This document shows, piece by piece, positions 45,394-53,312 of a stretch of DNA of 59,497 bases (position 1 is the first letter of the stretch; every line of letters begins with the position of its first letter). Made by a program: the position numbers and the translations under genes. The notes beneath the pieces are model-generated. The model was given only the letters and a program-made list of their open reading frames with translations. It was not told the origin of the DNA and did not search any database. This stretch comes from Candidatus Scatosoma sp. (GTDB lineage: Bacteria > Bacillota > Clostridia > Christensenellales > Borkfalkiaceae): positions 1-59,497 of the forward strand of contig JAZQWZ010000032.1 in assembly GCA_045632625.1 (NCBI GenBank), written 5' to 3'.

Positions 45394-46053
45394 ATGAAAG
45401 AAAATTATGCTATGATTAAGCCCTGTAAATTATTATCCGTATCCCATGGTTTAACGGGAAAAATGACGGGAATGCCTGCCGTCACTTCCTCTATGCTTTG
45501 CAATGAATACTGCCAAAAATTAAGCAATATTGTCGGTACGGTATGCGAGAAATGCTACACGAAAAAATACTTAAAGGCGCGACCGAATATAGAGAAAATG
45601 TATGCGCAAAATACAGAGTTGCTCTCCTCGTCCGTTATTCCTATAAAGCAACTGCCGTTTATCAACGCGGCTATGTGTAGATTAGAAACGTTTGGCGATA
45701 TCACAAACGCTACGCACCTACATAATTACGTAAATTTAATCAAGAAAAACAACCACTGTATGTTCTCGCTTTTTACTAAGAACTATACAGTGGTTTTTGA
45801 TTATTTCAAAACGCATAAGCAACCCAAAAACTTATCTATTGTGATTTCTTCCCTACTCATAAATCAACCCTTTGATACGAGCTTCTTAAAGGATATTCCT
45901 CTTACTAACATTAAGATATTCACCGTATATAGCAAGCCATTTGCAAAAGACAATAACGTGATTATCAACTGCGGAAAAAACCGCTGTGTAGATTGCAAGC
46001 GTTGTTACACAAAAAATAAAGCCCCGATCCATGTATCGGAGCTGTTAAAATAA
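45394..46053 (+). CDS. Cys-rich hypothetical protein (possible metal-binding; GP88-like pattern is a guess)
   Basis: CNEYCQK..CEKCY near the N-terminus and CGKNRCVDCKRCY near the C-terminus. Confidence 0.5.
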   Translation: MKENYAMIKPCKLLSVSHGLTGKMTGMPAVTSSMLCNEYCQKLSNIVGTVCEKCYTKKYLKARPNIEKMYAQNTELLSSSVIPIKQLPFINAAMCRLETFGDITNATHLHNYVNLIKKNNHCMFSLFTKNYTVVFDYFKTHKQPKNLSIVISSLLINQPFDTSFLKDIPLTNIKIFTVYSKPFAKDNNVIINCGKNRCVDCKRCYTKNKAPIHVSELLK

Positions 46054-46078
46054 AAATTTATTATAAAGGAGATTTTCT

Positions 46079-46342
46079 ATGAACCAAAGAACCAACCAAG
46101 GCTATACGATTATAGCCAGCATCTCACTCCCTAATCAAGAATACGTGCTTGGGAAAAAGCAATTCAAGTCGCGTGAACCGCAATACGTGACTTGGTGTTG
46201 CGTAAACGAACACGATTATTATTACGGGCATTATATCACCAATAAAAACGTTGCTATGCGCGACCTATATGAACGCGCACAGCAAGAAATCAATTATCGT
46301 ATCGAGCAATTAAATCAAAAAATCAGAGGAGAACAACAATGA
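46079..46342 (+). CDS. Hypothetical protein
   Basis: 87 aa, AGGAGA RBS, overlaps the next gene by 4 nt. Confidence 0.55.
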   Translation: MNQRTNQGYTIIASISLPNQEYVLGKKQFKSREPQYVTWCCVNEHDYYYGHYITNKNVAMRDLYERAQQEINYRIEQLNQKIRGEQQ

Positions 46343-47394
46343 CGTTAAATTTAGAAGCAAACTCCCCAGAAATGCAGGCGTTAAAAGCGTATTTGGAAAA
46401 AAACGTATCGGACGCGCTTGCAGAAAAAATCAACAACGGCGTTCGCATTGAAAAAGACGGTAAAACACTTATCAATAAAAAGACGTTAGAAACATTTATG
46501 GGCTATTCCCACGACGAAGCAAAGAAGCTTGTAGCTCAAGGCGCAAGATACGCTTGTATTAGAAGCGACGTCGTATTTAGCTGGGCTATGCACTACTTTG
46601 AAGAAGACTCTCTTGAAGGCACGCTTTTCAACGAGGATGGTACACCTTATAAGTCAACACCTAAACCTGTGCCGAAAGTGCCCGCTAAAACACCTGCGCC
46701 TGCAACCGCAACCGTTATAGCTAAAGCCAATAAACCCGAAACCAAACAATTCTCGCTCTTTGACCTTATGGGTGGCAATACGGAGCAACAGCAGGAAAAA
46801 CCGCTTGAAGAAAAAGAACCTTGTATCGATGAATTAGACGTTGATAAGGAAACGGGCGAAATCTTAAACGCAAAACCTTTCCCTGCAAGAAAACCCTCTG
46901 GCTTATACCAAAGATATTTGCAGTATAGAAACGAATACCCCGACCACGTGCTTGCTTACCGTGTCGGGGATTTTTATGAATTCTTCGGCGAGGACGCCAT
47001 TCTTCTTTCCAACCGTTTGGATTTAACGCTCACGGGGCGCGATTGCGGTTTAGAAGAACGCGTTGCTATGGTGGGCATCCCCTACCACTCTGCGGATAAA
47101 TATTTCTCTAAAATCACCGACGAATATCCGCTTGCCATTGTAGATAGCGACAACGTAAATGTACTACCCGTTTTCTCGGACGACGATGATTCGATTGATG
47201 AAGAGCTTTCTGAAGAAGAAATGCGTGCTTTTGACGGCGATGTAGACGAGCATATCCCCAAAAAACAAGCCACCATATACGAGAATAATGATGAAGCGGA
47301 CGACGATACCGATATAGATTTTATGAAATATATCGACAAAGACGCGTTTCCCATTTTATTAGAATTACTCGATGATAAGTTAGATGTACAATGA
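46339..47394 (+). CDS. Stand-alone MutS domain I (mismatch-recognition domain) protein with unknown N-domain, Pro-rich linker, QFSLF clamp-motif-like peptide and acidic tail
   Basis: ..YQRYLQYRNEYPDHVLAYRVGDFYEFFGEDAILLSNRLDLTLTGRD......VAMVGIPYHSADKYFSKI..LAIV aligns by eye with the E. coli MutS N-terminus (..[49 protein letters not shown]..VAI). Confidence 0.7.
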   Translation: MTLNLEANSPEMQALKAYLEKNVSDALAEKINNGVRIEKDGKTLINKKTLETFMGYSHDEAKKLVAQGARYACIRSDVVFSWAMHYFEEDSLEGTLFNEDGTPYKSTPKPVPKVPAKTPAPATATVIAKANKPETKQFSLFDLMGGNTEQQQEKPLEEKEPCIDELDVDKETGEILNAKPFPARKPSGLYQRYLQYRNEYPDHVLAYRVGDFYEFFGEDAILLSNRLDLTLTGRDCGLEERVAMVGIPYHSADKYFSKITDEYPLAIVDSDNVNVLPVFSDDDDSIDEELSEEEMRAFDGDVDEHIPKKQATIYENNDEADDDTDIDFMKYIDKDAFPILLELLDDKLDVQ

Positions 47395-48710
47395 GGCAAA
47401 TTATGAAAAGAGAAAAAATTAAACCGATTCCCAAATACATAATTAAACGCATTCAAAAAGCGGATAAAGAACGGCACCCCAACCCTATCGGAAATACACG
47501 CTTTTACGCTTATCTTACCAAAAACGATAAAGAGCTTGTCAAAGTGACCGTCGCTGTAAGACATTATCGTAAAAAATGGATATGTAAACAAGTCGTCGTT
47601 CACGGGCTTGATTCCGATTTTTGTATCGGTCGGGATATGGCATTCCATTATATCGGCGGCTTTTCCGTGGGTTGGTACGATATGGGCGTTTACTCTCGCC
47701 CAAAATGGTACGAAGACGGAAAATGGTATATCAACGAAGATAAATCCTTTGACCCTTGGGCACCCGTCGTCAACAAGGAATATATCGCAAAATTCTCTGA
47801 GTTTAAGTACAGCGCTTACGAGCTGTTTAAAGACGTCAATATTATCAAATTCTTGCGTTTGTATAGAGAATATCCGCAACTGGAATACCTTATGAAGCTC
47901 GGCTTGTACTTTTTATACGATAGCATACAAGTCTTGCGTAAACTTAAAAACGACATTTGCTTCCGTAAATGGATTGCACGACATCGCAATGAAATTAAAT
48001 ATAAGCATTATATCAGCGCTATTTTAAGAGCTTACACAAAAAATATTCCTTTGGCGCAGGCACAAGCCTTTGAAGAAACGAAAAAACAGTTATCCAATAA
48101 ACGTGAATGGCGTGAAATACGTGAACTTTTCCAAAAGGATTTGGGGAAGTTCTTTTCTTATATCGCCGAACAAAACACGTCTATCAATAATTACAACGAT
48201 TACTTAAAAGCCTGCACCGCTTTGGGCTTGAATATGAACACTCCTAAAAATAGGTATCCCCACGATTTCAAACGTTGGCATGATATCCGCATAGACGAAT
48301 ATCAGTCCTTAAAAGCAAAGCAGGACGAAGAAAAGCGAAAGGAACTCTATGAAAAATTCCACGCCGTTGCGGAAAAATACACTTCGTTGCAACAAGAACA
48401 AGACACATTTGTGGTCGTTATCGCTAAATCTCCCGCCGAACTTATGCGCGAGGGAGAAATACTCCACCACTGTGTTGGAAGAATGGGCTACGACCAAAAA
48501 TTCGCACGAGAAGAAACGCTTATCTTCTTCGTTCGAGATAAGAATGCTTTGGATACACCGTTCGTTACGGTGGAATACTCACTTTCTAAACATAAAATTT
48601 TACAATGCTACGCTGAGCATAACCATAAACCCAATGCAACCGTTATGGAGTTTGTTAACAATAAATGGTTGCCCCACGCCAACAAACAATTGAAAAAATT
48701 AGCAGGTTAA
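47391..48710 (+). CDS. PcfJ-like protein (conjugative-element associated)
   Basis: C-terminal ..MREGEILHHCVGRMGYDQKFAREETLIFFVRDK..PFVTVEY.. matches the PcfJ-like domain pattern as I recall it. Confidence 0.55.
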   Translation: MRQIMKREKIKPIPKYIIKRIQKADKERHPNPIGNTRFYAYLTKNDKELVKVTVAVRHYRKKWICKQVVVHGLDSDFCIGRDMAFHYIGGFSVGWYDMGVYSRPKWYEDGKWYINEDKSFDPWAPVVNKEYIAKFSEFKYSAYELFKDVNIIKFLRLYREYPQLEYLMKLGLYFLYDSIQVLRKLKNDICFRKWIARHRNEIKYKHYISAILRAYTKNIPLAQAQAFEETKKQLSNKREWREIRELFQKDLGKFFSYIAEQNTSINNYNDYLKACTALGLNMNTPKNRYPHDFKRWHDIRIDEYQSLKAKQDEEKRKELYEKFHAVAEKYTSLQQEQDTFVVVIAKSPAELMREGEILHHCVGRMGYDQKFAREETLIFFVRDKNALDTPFVTVEYSLSKHKILQCYAEHNHKPNATVMEFVNNKWLPHANKQLKKLAG

Positions 48711-48722
48711 AGGAGGCTGAAC

Positions 48723-49004
48723 ATGAAATCTTATATATCTTATTTATACGAACTGGACTTACGCGCCAATGAAAGCAATCCCCCATCCAAAGAAACCTAC
48801 CAAGAAAATAAGCTACTTTTAGAGTTGCAAAATGAACTGACGGATAAACAGTACCGACGAGTAGAAAAGCTGATTGATCTTATAGGCGACCGCTATACTG
48901 ACGAGTGTGAATTTTACTTTAAGAAAGGCTTTCGCTTTGCCTTGCGTATGGCAATGGAATGTTTTGATGAACAAGAAAAAATTAAGGAGAACATTTATGA
49001 ATAA
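48723..49004 (+). CDS. Hypothetical protein
   Basis: 93 aa, AGGAGG RBS. Confidence 0.55.
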   Translation: MKSYISYLYELDLRANESNPPSKETYQENKLLLELQNELTDKQYRRVEKLIDLIGDRYTDECEFYFKKGFRFALRMAMECFDEQEKIKENIYE

Positions 49005-49281
49005 CTATTTTAGAATTACTGTTTACAACCCTACACACAACGTCACGGCTATTTTAGATAGCAACGGCTATTTTCAAAAGCTGTGGCAGCTTTCTTCTTT
49101 CTTTGTAAAGAACGGCTGGAAAATAAAAGCTGTCGCTGAAAACGAGCATTTCGACGACGGCAATCTCCCACGCGTAAAGCCTGATACAGAGCATTTGATT
49201 TTACGCGCCTGCATTAAGGGCGAAATCAAGCCACAAAACGGAAACATCAACGTTTTAGGACGATATTACACAAACAACTGA
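48997..49281 (+). CDS. Hypothetical protein
   Basis: The ORF is trimmed to MNNYFRITVYNP (ATG 48997, AAGGAGA upstream). It overlaps the previous gene by 8 nt. Confidence 0.5.
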   Translation: MNNYFRITVYNPTHNVTAILDSNGYFQKLWQLSSFFVKNGWKIKAVAENEHFDDGNLPRVKPDTEHLILRACIKGEIKPQNGNINVLGRYYTNN

Positions 49282-49484
49282 CCGCTCTACAACTTAATAT
49301 GCAGTAAATAGCGGGTGGCTTTACTTTTTCGGGCATAGCCCTTTTCTACTGGCGTAGCACAAATGTGCTTTTTTATTGACCTGCCAGTCACGCACGTGTT
49401 ACTTGCTACCCGTCAACGGGTCATTCGGGTCAAAGATGCTCAACTGGTCTGCCTGCCTATCCGCTTTCAACTGGTTGGCTATAT

Positions 49485-49650
49485 ACGTAAACGATACGTT
49501 ATCTTTCGCCAATCTTCTGCCTTGACCGTCGTACGTAAACGTATGTCCGTCATAGCTTGCAAGCCGTCTGCCGTTTTCCCACGTTGCCTCTTTACCGCGA
49601 TACGTCGTAGGGTTGCCAAGCTTATCATACGCAAACGTTTCCACCGTTTC
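49485..49650 (-). pseudogene. Orphan ~55-aa fragment of an RHS/YD-repeat gene
   Basis: ..ETFAYDKLGNPTTYRGKEATWENGRRLASYDGHTFTYDGQGRRLAKDNVSFTY parallels residues of the 1,396-aa RHS protein (..EMFVYDEIGNPTTYRGKGASWARGRLLTAFDGHSFTYDAQGRRLTKDGVSFIY). Homology is lost on both sides. Confidence 0.7.
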
Positions 49651-49831
49651 TTCGTACGTGCCTTATACCTATATTATACTTGTTATTTATGAAATTGTCA
49701 ATACTTATTGCAAAAAATTTAGCAGTGCGATTTCTCGCACTGCTTGTGGCATCTTTTTTAATTTAACTTATTATGGGGCATATCCCTGCCATAATCATAG
49801 GGATTTTCATATCTCGATTCACAAAATTGTT

Positions 49832-50326
49832 CTAAATATTAAAATATGTCGCTAACATACTTCTATATTTTGGTTCATCTGCAAATCTTGCAATATGCTC
49901 AATAAATTTCCCATCAATTGAAAATTTGGCAACCATACTATATCCACAATTCTTTAACAGTGTGCAAGATATAACAATGATTTCATCCTTGTCATTATAA
50001 AGTAAAACTGCATAGCCAGTAGGACTATTGACACTATCATTTTCTTTATGAAAGGTAATAGTTGATAAATCCGCTATAAAATCGTCCATTTTATCATTTG
50101 GTAGTTTTTCAATTAATTTAATAGAATTGACATCAAATTTAGGTACAGAATCATCATTTACAATAATCATTTGAGGATTATCGTTTATACACTCAACCAA
50201 TTCTATTTTTGTTACTTCTCCCAATAATTCATCAGAATCAAAATGATATGTTGGCGGATCAGACACACACCCTGTTAATAATAATATAATTAGGCAACAA
50301 AAAATTACAATATTTGCTTTTTTCAC
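49832..50326 (-). CDS. Lipoprotein, probable immunity protein for the upstream RHS C-terminal toxin
   Basis: GTG start with GAGGTG RBS. (M)KKANIVIFCCLIILLLTGC is a signal peptide plus lipobox. The gene sits 24 nt downstream of the RHS cassette. Confidence 0.55.
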   Translation of the reverse strand: MKKANIVIFCCLIILLLTGCVSDPPTYHFDSDELLGEVTKIELVECINDNPQMIIVNDDSVPKFDVNSIKLIEKLPNDKMDDFIADLSTITFHKENDSVNSPTGYAVLLYNDKDEIIVISCTLLKNCGYSMVAKFSIDGKFIEHIARFADEPKYRSMLATYFNI

Positions 50327-50350
50327 TCATATCACCTCAATTTATTTGAA

Positions 50351-52675
50351 TTAAAACCAATATAAAGCAGTAAATGGAAAAGCAATGATACTAACAGCGT
50401 AATATTCCCAAGCATTCCATTTTTCAGCTTTACTATGTGTTCTCCCTTTCACTCCTCCTAAAATATCTGCCATTGTTTCCCAGGGTGCACCATAATAATT
50501 CCCAGCTTTATCCCATTTACCTAATTTAGCAGGTGAAGGTATACCAACAGTAAATCCATATATACCGATTCCCATCATCATTAATTGCGAATTGTGCCCT
50601 CGTTCATGTCTCACTTCATCTGTATCTGTTAATACATGATACGTTCCGTAAAAATCATGATAACCTCTTCTTAAAAAAATAGCACCAAAAGACCCTGAAC
50701 GCTCTATGTTCGTTCTAATTACAGGTACGCCTTTATAAAAAGACACCTTATTGGATCCTAAAACTAAACTTTCATCAGAGTTAAACGGATTCCAACCAAT
50801 GGCGTTCATATCATTTCTAACATCTTCATCAAAAATGGAAGCAACTGCCATCCCTGCATATCCAACAACCGATGCTATACCCTGCAACGCCATTCCGCCA
50901 AGAGGAGTCAATAGCAACGCCGCAGCTAAAATCGCCAAAGGGAAATGCCCGGTCGGGTCAACACACATGACGGGATTGTTGTTGCAATATGCATACAAGT
51001 TCAAACCGTTGATAACGTCGGGCGCAAGATACGCAATGCTGTCAATCGTCATAAATCTGCCGATTGCAGGGTCATAATACCGCGTGTTCAAATAGTAAAG
51101 ATTTGTTTCTTCGTCATAATAATAGCTTCGATATCTAATGGGGTTGTCGCTTGCTACACCGTCAACGTTCAAATCTATTTCACATTCACCAAACGCCGTA
51201 TAACTATATTTACCGACCAACTCTCCATCCTCGCTGTAAATATGCGTTACGTCACCAAACACGTTCTTGCGGAAAAGATACGGCGTTCCGCCGATTGTTA
51301 TACCTGTAATTCCCTCGGCTCCGTATACGTATTCTATCGTCTTTTCGCCTACTTCTTTGATAAGCTTATCATTACTGTCATATGTATACGTTACCGTTAC
51401 ACCGCCTACTTTCTTGGTCTTCCTTAAACCTTTTCCGTTATAGGTGTATTCTACGGTATTTGTTCCATCATTTAGCAATTTTAACTGTTTGCCGTTTGTC
51501 CATTTTGCAGTCATTCCCCGGAAAGTCGTCGGGTTACCAAATTTGTCATAGATAAACGTTTCATCGCCAAAAGCTACAAGCTGGTCGCTATCTTCTTTAT
51601 ATTTATATGCAATGGTTTCCCCGTTTACGCTTTTTGTTAAAATATTGCCGTTGTTATCATAAGTATAGCAAATTTCTTTTTCTTTGTCAAGTACATTTTC
51701 TTTAATTACCCTATTCAACGCATCGTAGGTGTATTTTCGCGTTTGTTTGCCGTTTTCACTTACCGACAAAATATTCCCCATATTATCGTATGTGTAGCTT
51801 ACTTTTCCGTCCGTCACACCATTTTTCAAATATGCAATGCCGTTGATTTGATTCGTTGCATGGGCACCTACTTTCTTATACGTAAATCGTTTTCCTAAGG
51901 TATTTCCCCCAAACGTTTGCGTAATCTTTTTATTTCTATCAAGGCAATCATATTCATATTCTTCCGTGGCGATAGGAGTACAAATGCTCTTAAGCGCATG
52001 CGTTGCAGTATCCGCATACGTATATTCATATACCTGCGAAACGGGGCCTACAATCGTTTTCTTGGCAAGTTTTCCGTAGGCGTCGTAATCATACGCTTCC
52101 CCAAAGCCGTTAGAAACCTGCATACCGTTTTCGTCCACTTCGTACACCGATGTTAAGCTGTCAAGCTTTTCTTCCCTTTCAAACTTGTAATTCTTGCCCG
52201 TGATTTTGTCTTTCAGCGTATCCAACGCGCCGTTTTTGTACGTGTTTTCCAGTTGCACAACGTTGTTTACCGTCAATTTCAAAAGATTGCCCTTGCCGTC
52301 TTTTTCCGCGACGAACGTATCATTAGACGCATACGCCGCCGTCACCGTTTCCTTTTTGCCACAGCAACAGCTGTCCCACGTTTCCGCATAATCGTATTTC
52401 ACGTAATCTTTTTCGCCGTTCAGTTCCACAGATTTCAGCTTACGCTTATGATTATATGCGTATTTCACGTGATTGTTCGCGCTCCGCACCGCCACCGTTT
52501 CGCCGTAACGATACATTTTCTGCGTGCTGTTTTCTTCGCCATCTTCCGTGCTTTGTGAAATTGCCGTTACCGTATCGTCATAATCTCTTCCGTATGCAAG
52601 TTTACTGCCATTAGGAAGAAGTTCTTCTCGTACAACGTCGCTTGCGTCTGCGTAACTAAATTGCGTCCAGAAATT
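50351..52675 (-). CDS. 5'-truncated (orphan) RHS repeat cassette with C-terminal HExxH-containing toxin domain
   Basis: YD repeats, ..YCNNNPVMCVDPTGH.. core end, then a divergent tail with RHERGHNSQ. The frame is open to 52675 and homologous to the interior of the 53313-57503 RHS from ..TQ.(S/L)Y.D. The first ATG is internal (52516), and no RBS or promoter is visible. Confidence 0.7.
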   Translation of the reverse strand, partial: NFWTQFSYADASDVVREELLPNGSKLAYGRDYDDTVTAISQSTEDGEENSTQKMYRYGETVAVRSANNHVKYAYNHKRKLKSVELNGEKDYVKYDYAETWDSCCCGKKETVTAAYASNDTFVAEKDGKGNLLKLTVNNVVQLENTYKNGALDTLKDKITGKNYKFEREEKLDSLTSVYEVDENGMQVSNGFGEAYDYDAYGKLAKKTIVGPVSQVYEYTYADTATHALKSICTPIATEEYEYDCLDRNKKITQTFGGNTLGKRFTYKKVGAHATNQINGIAYLKNGVTDGKVSYTYDNMGNILSVSENGKQTRKYTYDALNRVIKENVLDKEKEICYTYDNNGNILTKSVNGETIAYKYKEDSDQLVAFGDETFIYDKFGNPTTFRGMTAKWTNGKQLKLLNDGTNTVEYTYNGKGLRKTKKVGGVTVTYTYDSNDKLIKEVGEKTIEYVYGAEGITGITIGGTPYLFRKNVFGDVTHIYSEDGELVGKYSYTAFGECEIDLNVDGVASDNPIRYRSYYYDEETNLYYLNTRYYDPAIGRFMTIDSIAYLAPDVINGLNLYAYCNNNPVMCVDPTGHFPLAILAAALLLTPLGGMALQGIASVVGYAGMAVASIFDEDVRNDMNAIGWNPFNSDESLVLGSNKVSFYKGVPVIRTNIERSGSFGAIFLRRGYHDFYGTYHVLTDTDEVRHERGHNSQLMMMGIGIYGFTVGIPSPAKLGKWDKAGNYYGAPWETMADILGGVKGRTHSKAEKWNAWEYYAVSIIAFPFTALYWF

Positions 52676-52762
52676 TTAGATTTTGTCAAGCGTTTTGATT
52701 ATGATAAAAGGTCGCAGGATTTCTCCTACGACCTATTTTCATTTTAGAGCCAACCTATTCTT

Positions 52763-53308
52763 TTATGTTTCATTACGATGTTTACTTTTGTATTTTTTAT
52801 AGATATGCTCTAATTTATTCCCACCCTCAATATAATATGGCATACAAAAAACTTTTTTTCCGTTTTTATAAAAATACCATTTCAATCCAGTCTTTGCAAT
52901 ATTATATTCAAGATCAGCATATCGATATATTTTCCTCACTCCAATGTAGTTTCTATAGACAAATTCATCTCTTCTTATCTCAACCTTCCATAAAGACCAA
53001 CAGGTGAACATAATCATTCCCGGCAGACCAAAAGCAAGCCACAAACCAATTAAAGGGCCATTGTCTTCTTCTTTTTGTTTTATAAATACAATTGTCATTA
53101 TGCAAATAAAACCAACTAGAATTATCGGAACAACCCGATAAAATATAGGTATTCTTAAGACATATCTCGCTTTATCATTTTCAATCTCGTTTTTTTGTCC
53201 ACCATCTGTTTTATTTTTTCTATATCGCAAAAATAATACACTTAACAGTATCGGCAATCCTATAAGAAGACTTTTTGTGAAAATAGATATCCATTCTGCT
53301 TTTCCCAT
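52763..53308 (-). CDS. Polytopic membrane protein, probable immunity protein for the RHS toxin at 53313-57503
   Basis: 181 aa with ~4 hydrophobic helices. The start lies 4 nt after the RHS stop, and a terminator hairpin lies downstream (52706-52740). Confidence 0.5.
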   Translation of the reverse strand: MGKAEWISIFTKSLLIGLPILLSVLFLRYRKNKTDGGQKNEIENDKARYVLRIPIFYRVVPIILVGFICIMTIVFIKQKEEDNGPLIGLWLAFGLPGMIMFTCWSLWKVEIRRDEFVYRNYIGVRKIYRYADLEYNIAKTGLKWYFYKNGKKVFCMPYYIEGGNKLEHIYKKYKSKHRNET

Positions 53309-53312
53309 AATT

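Larger units (their letters stand above)
8694..49484. mobile_element. Composite accessory region / integration hotspot between spmB and the RHS array
   Basis: Composition shifts abruptly to AT-rich. The region holds two tyrosine integrases, one serine recombinase, repeated att-like blocks, defence-type cargo and truncated gene scraps at both borders (AraC fragment, RHS fragment). Confidence 0.5.

Noticed and set aside
35341-49281. Retron or DGR explanation for the long hairpins
   Set aside because: No reverse transcriptase ORF occurs anywhere in the window, and there is no template/variable repeat pair.
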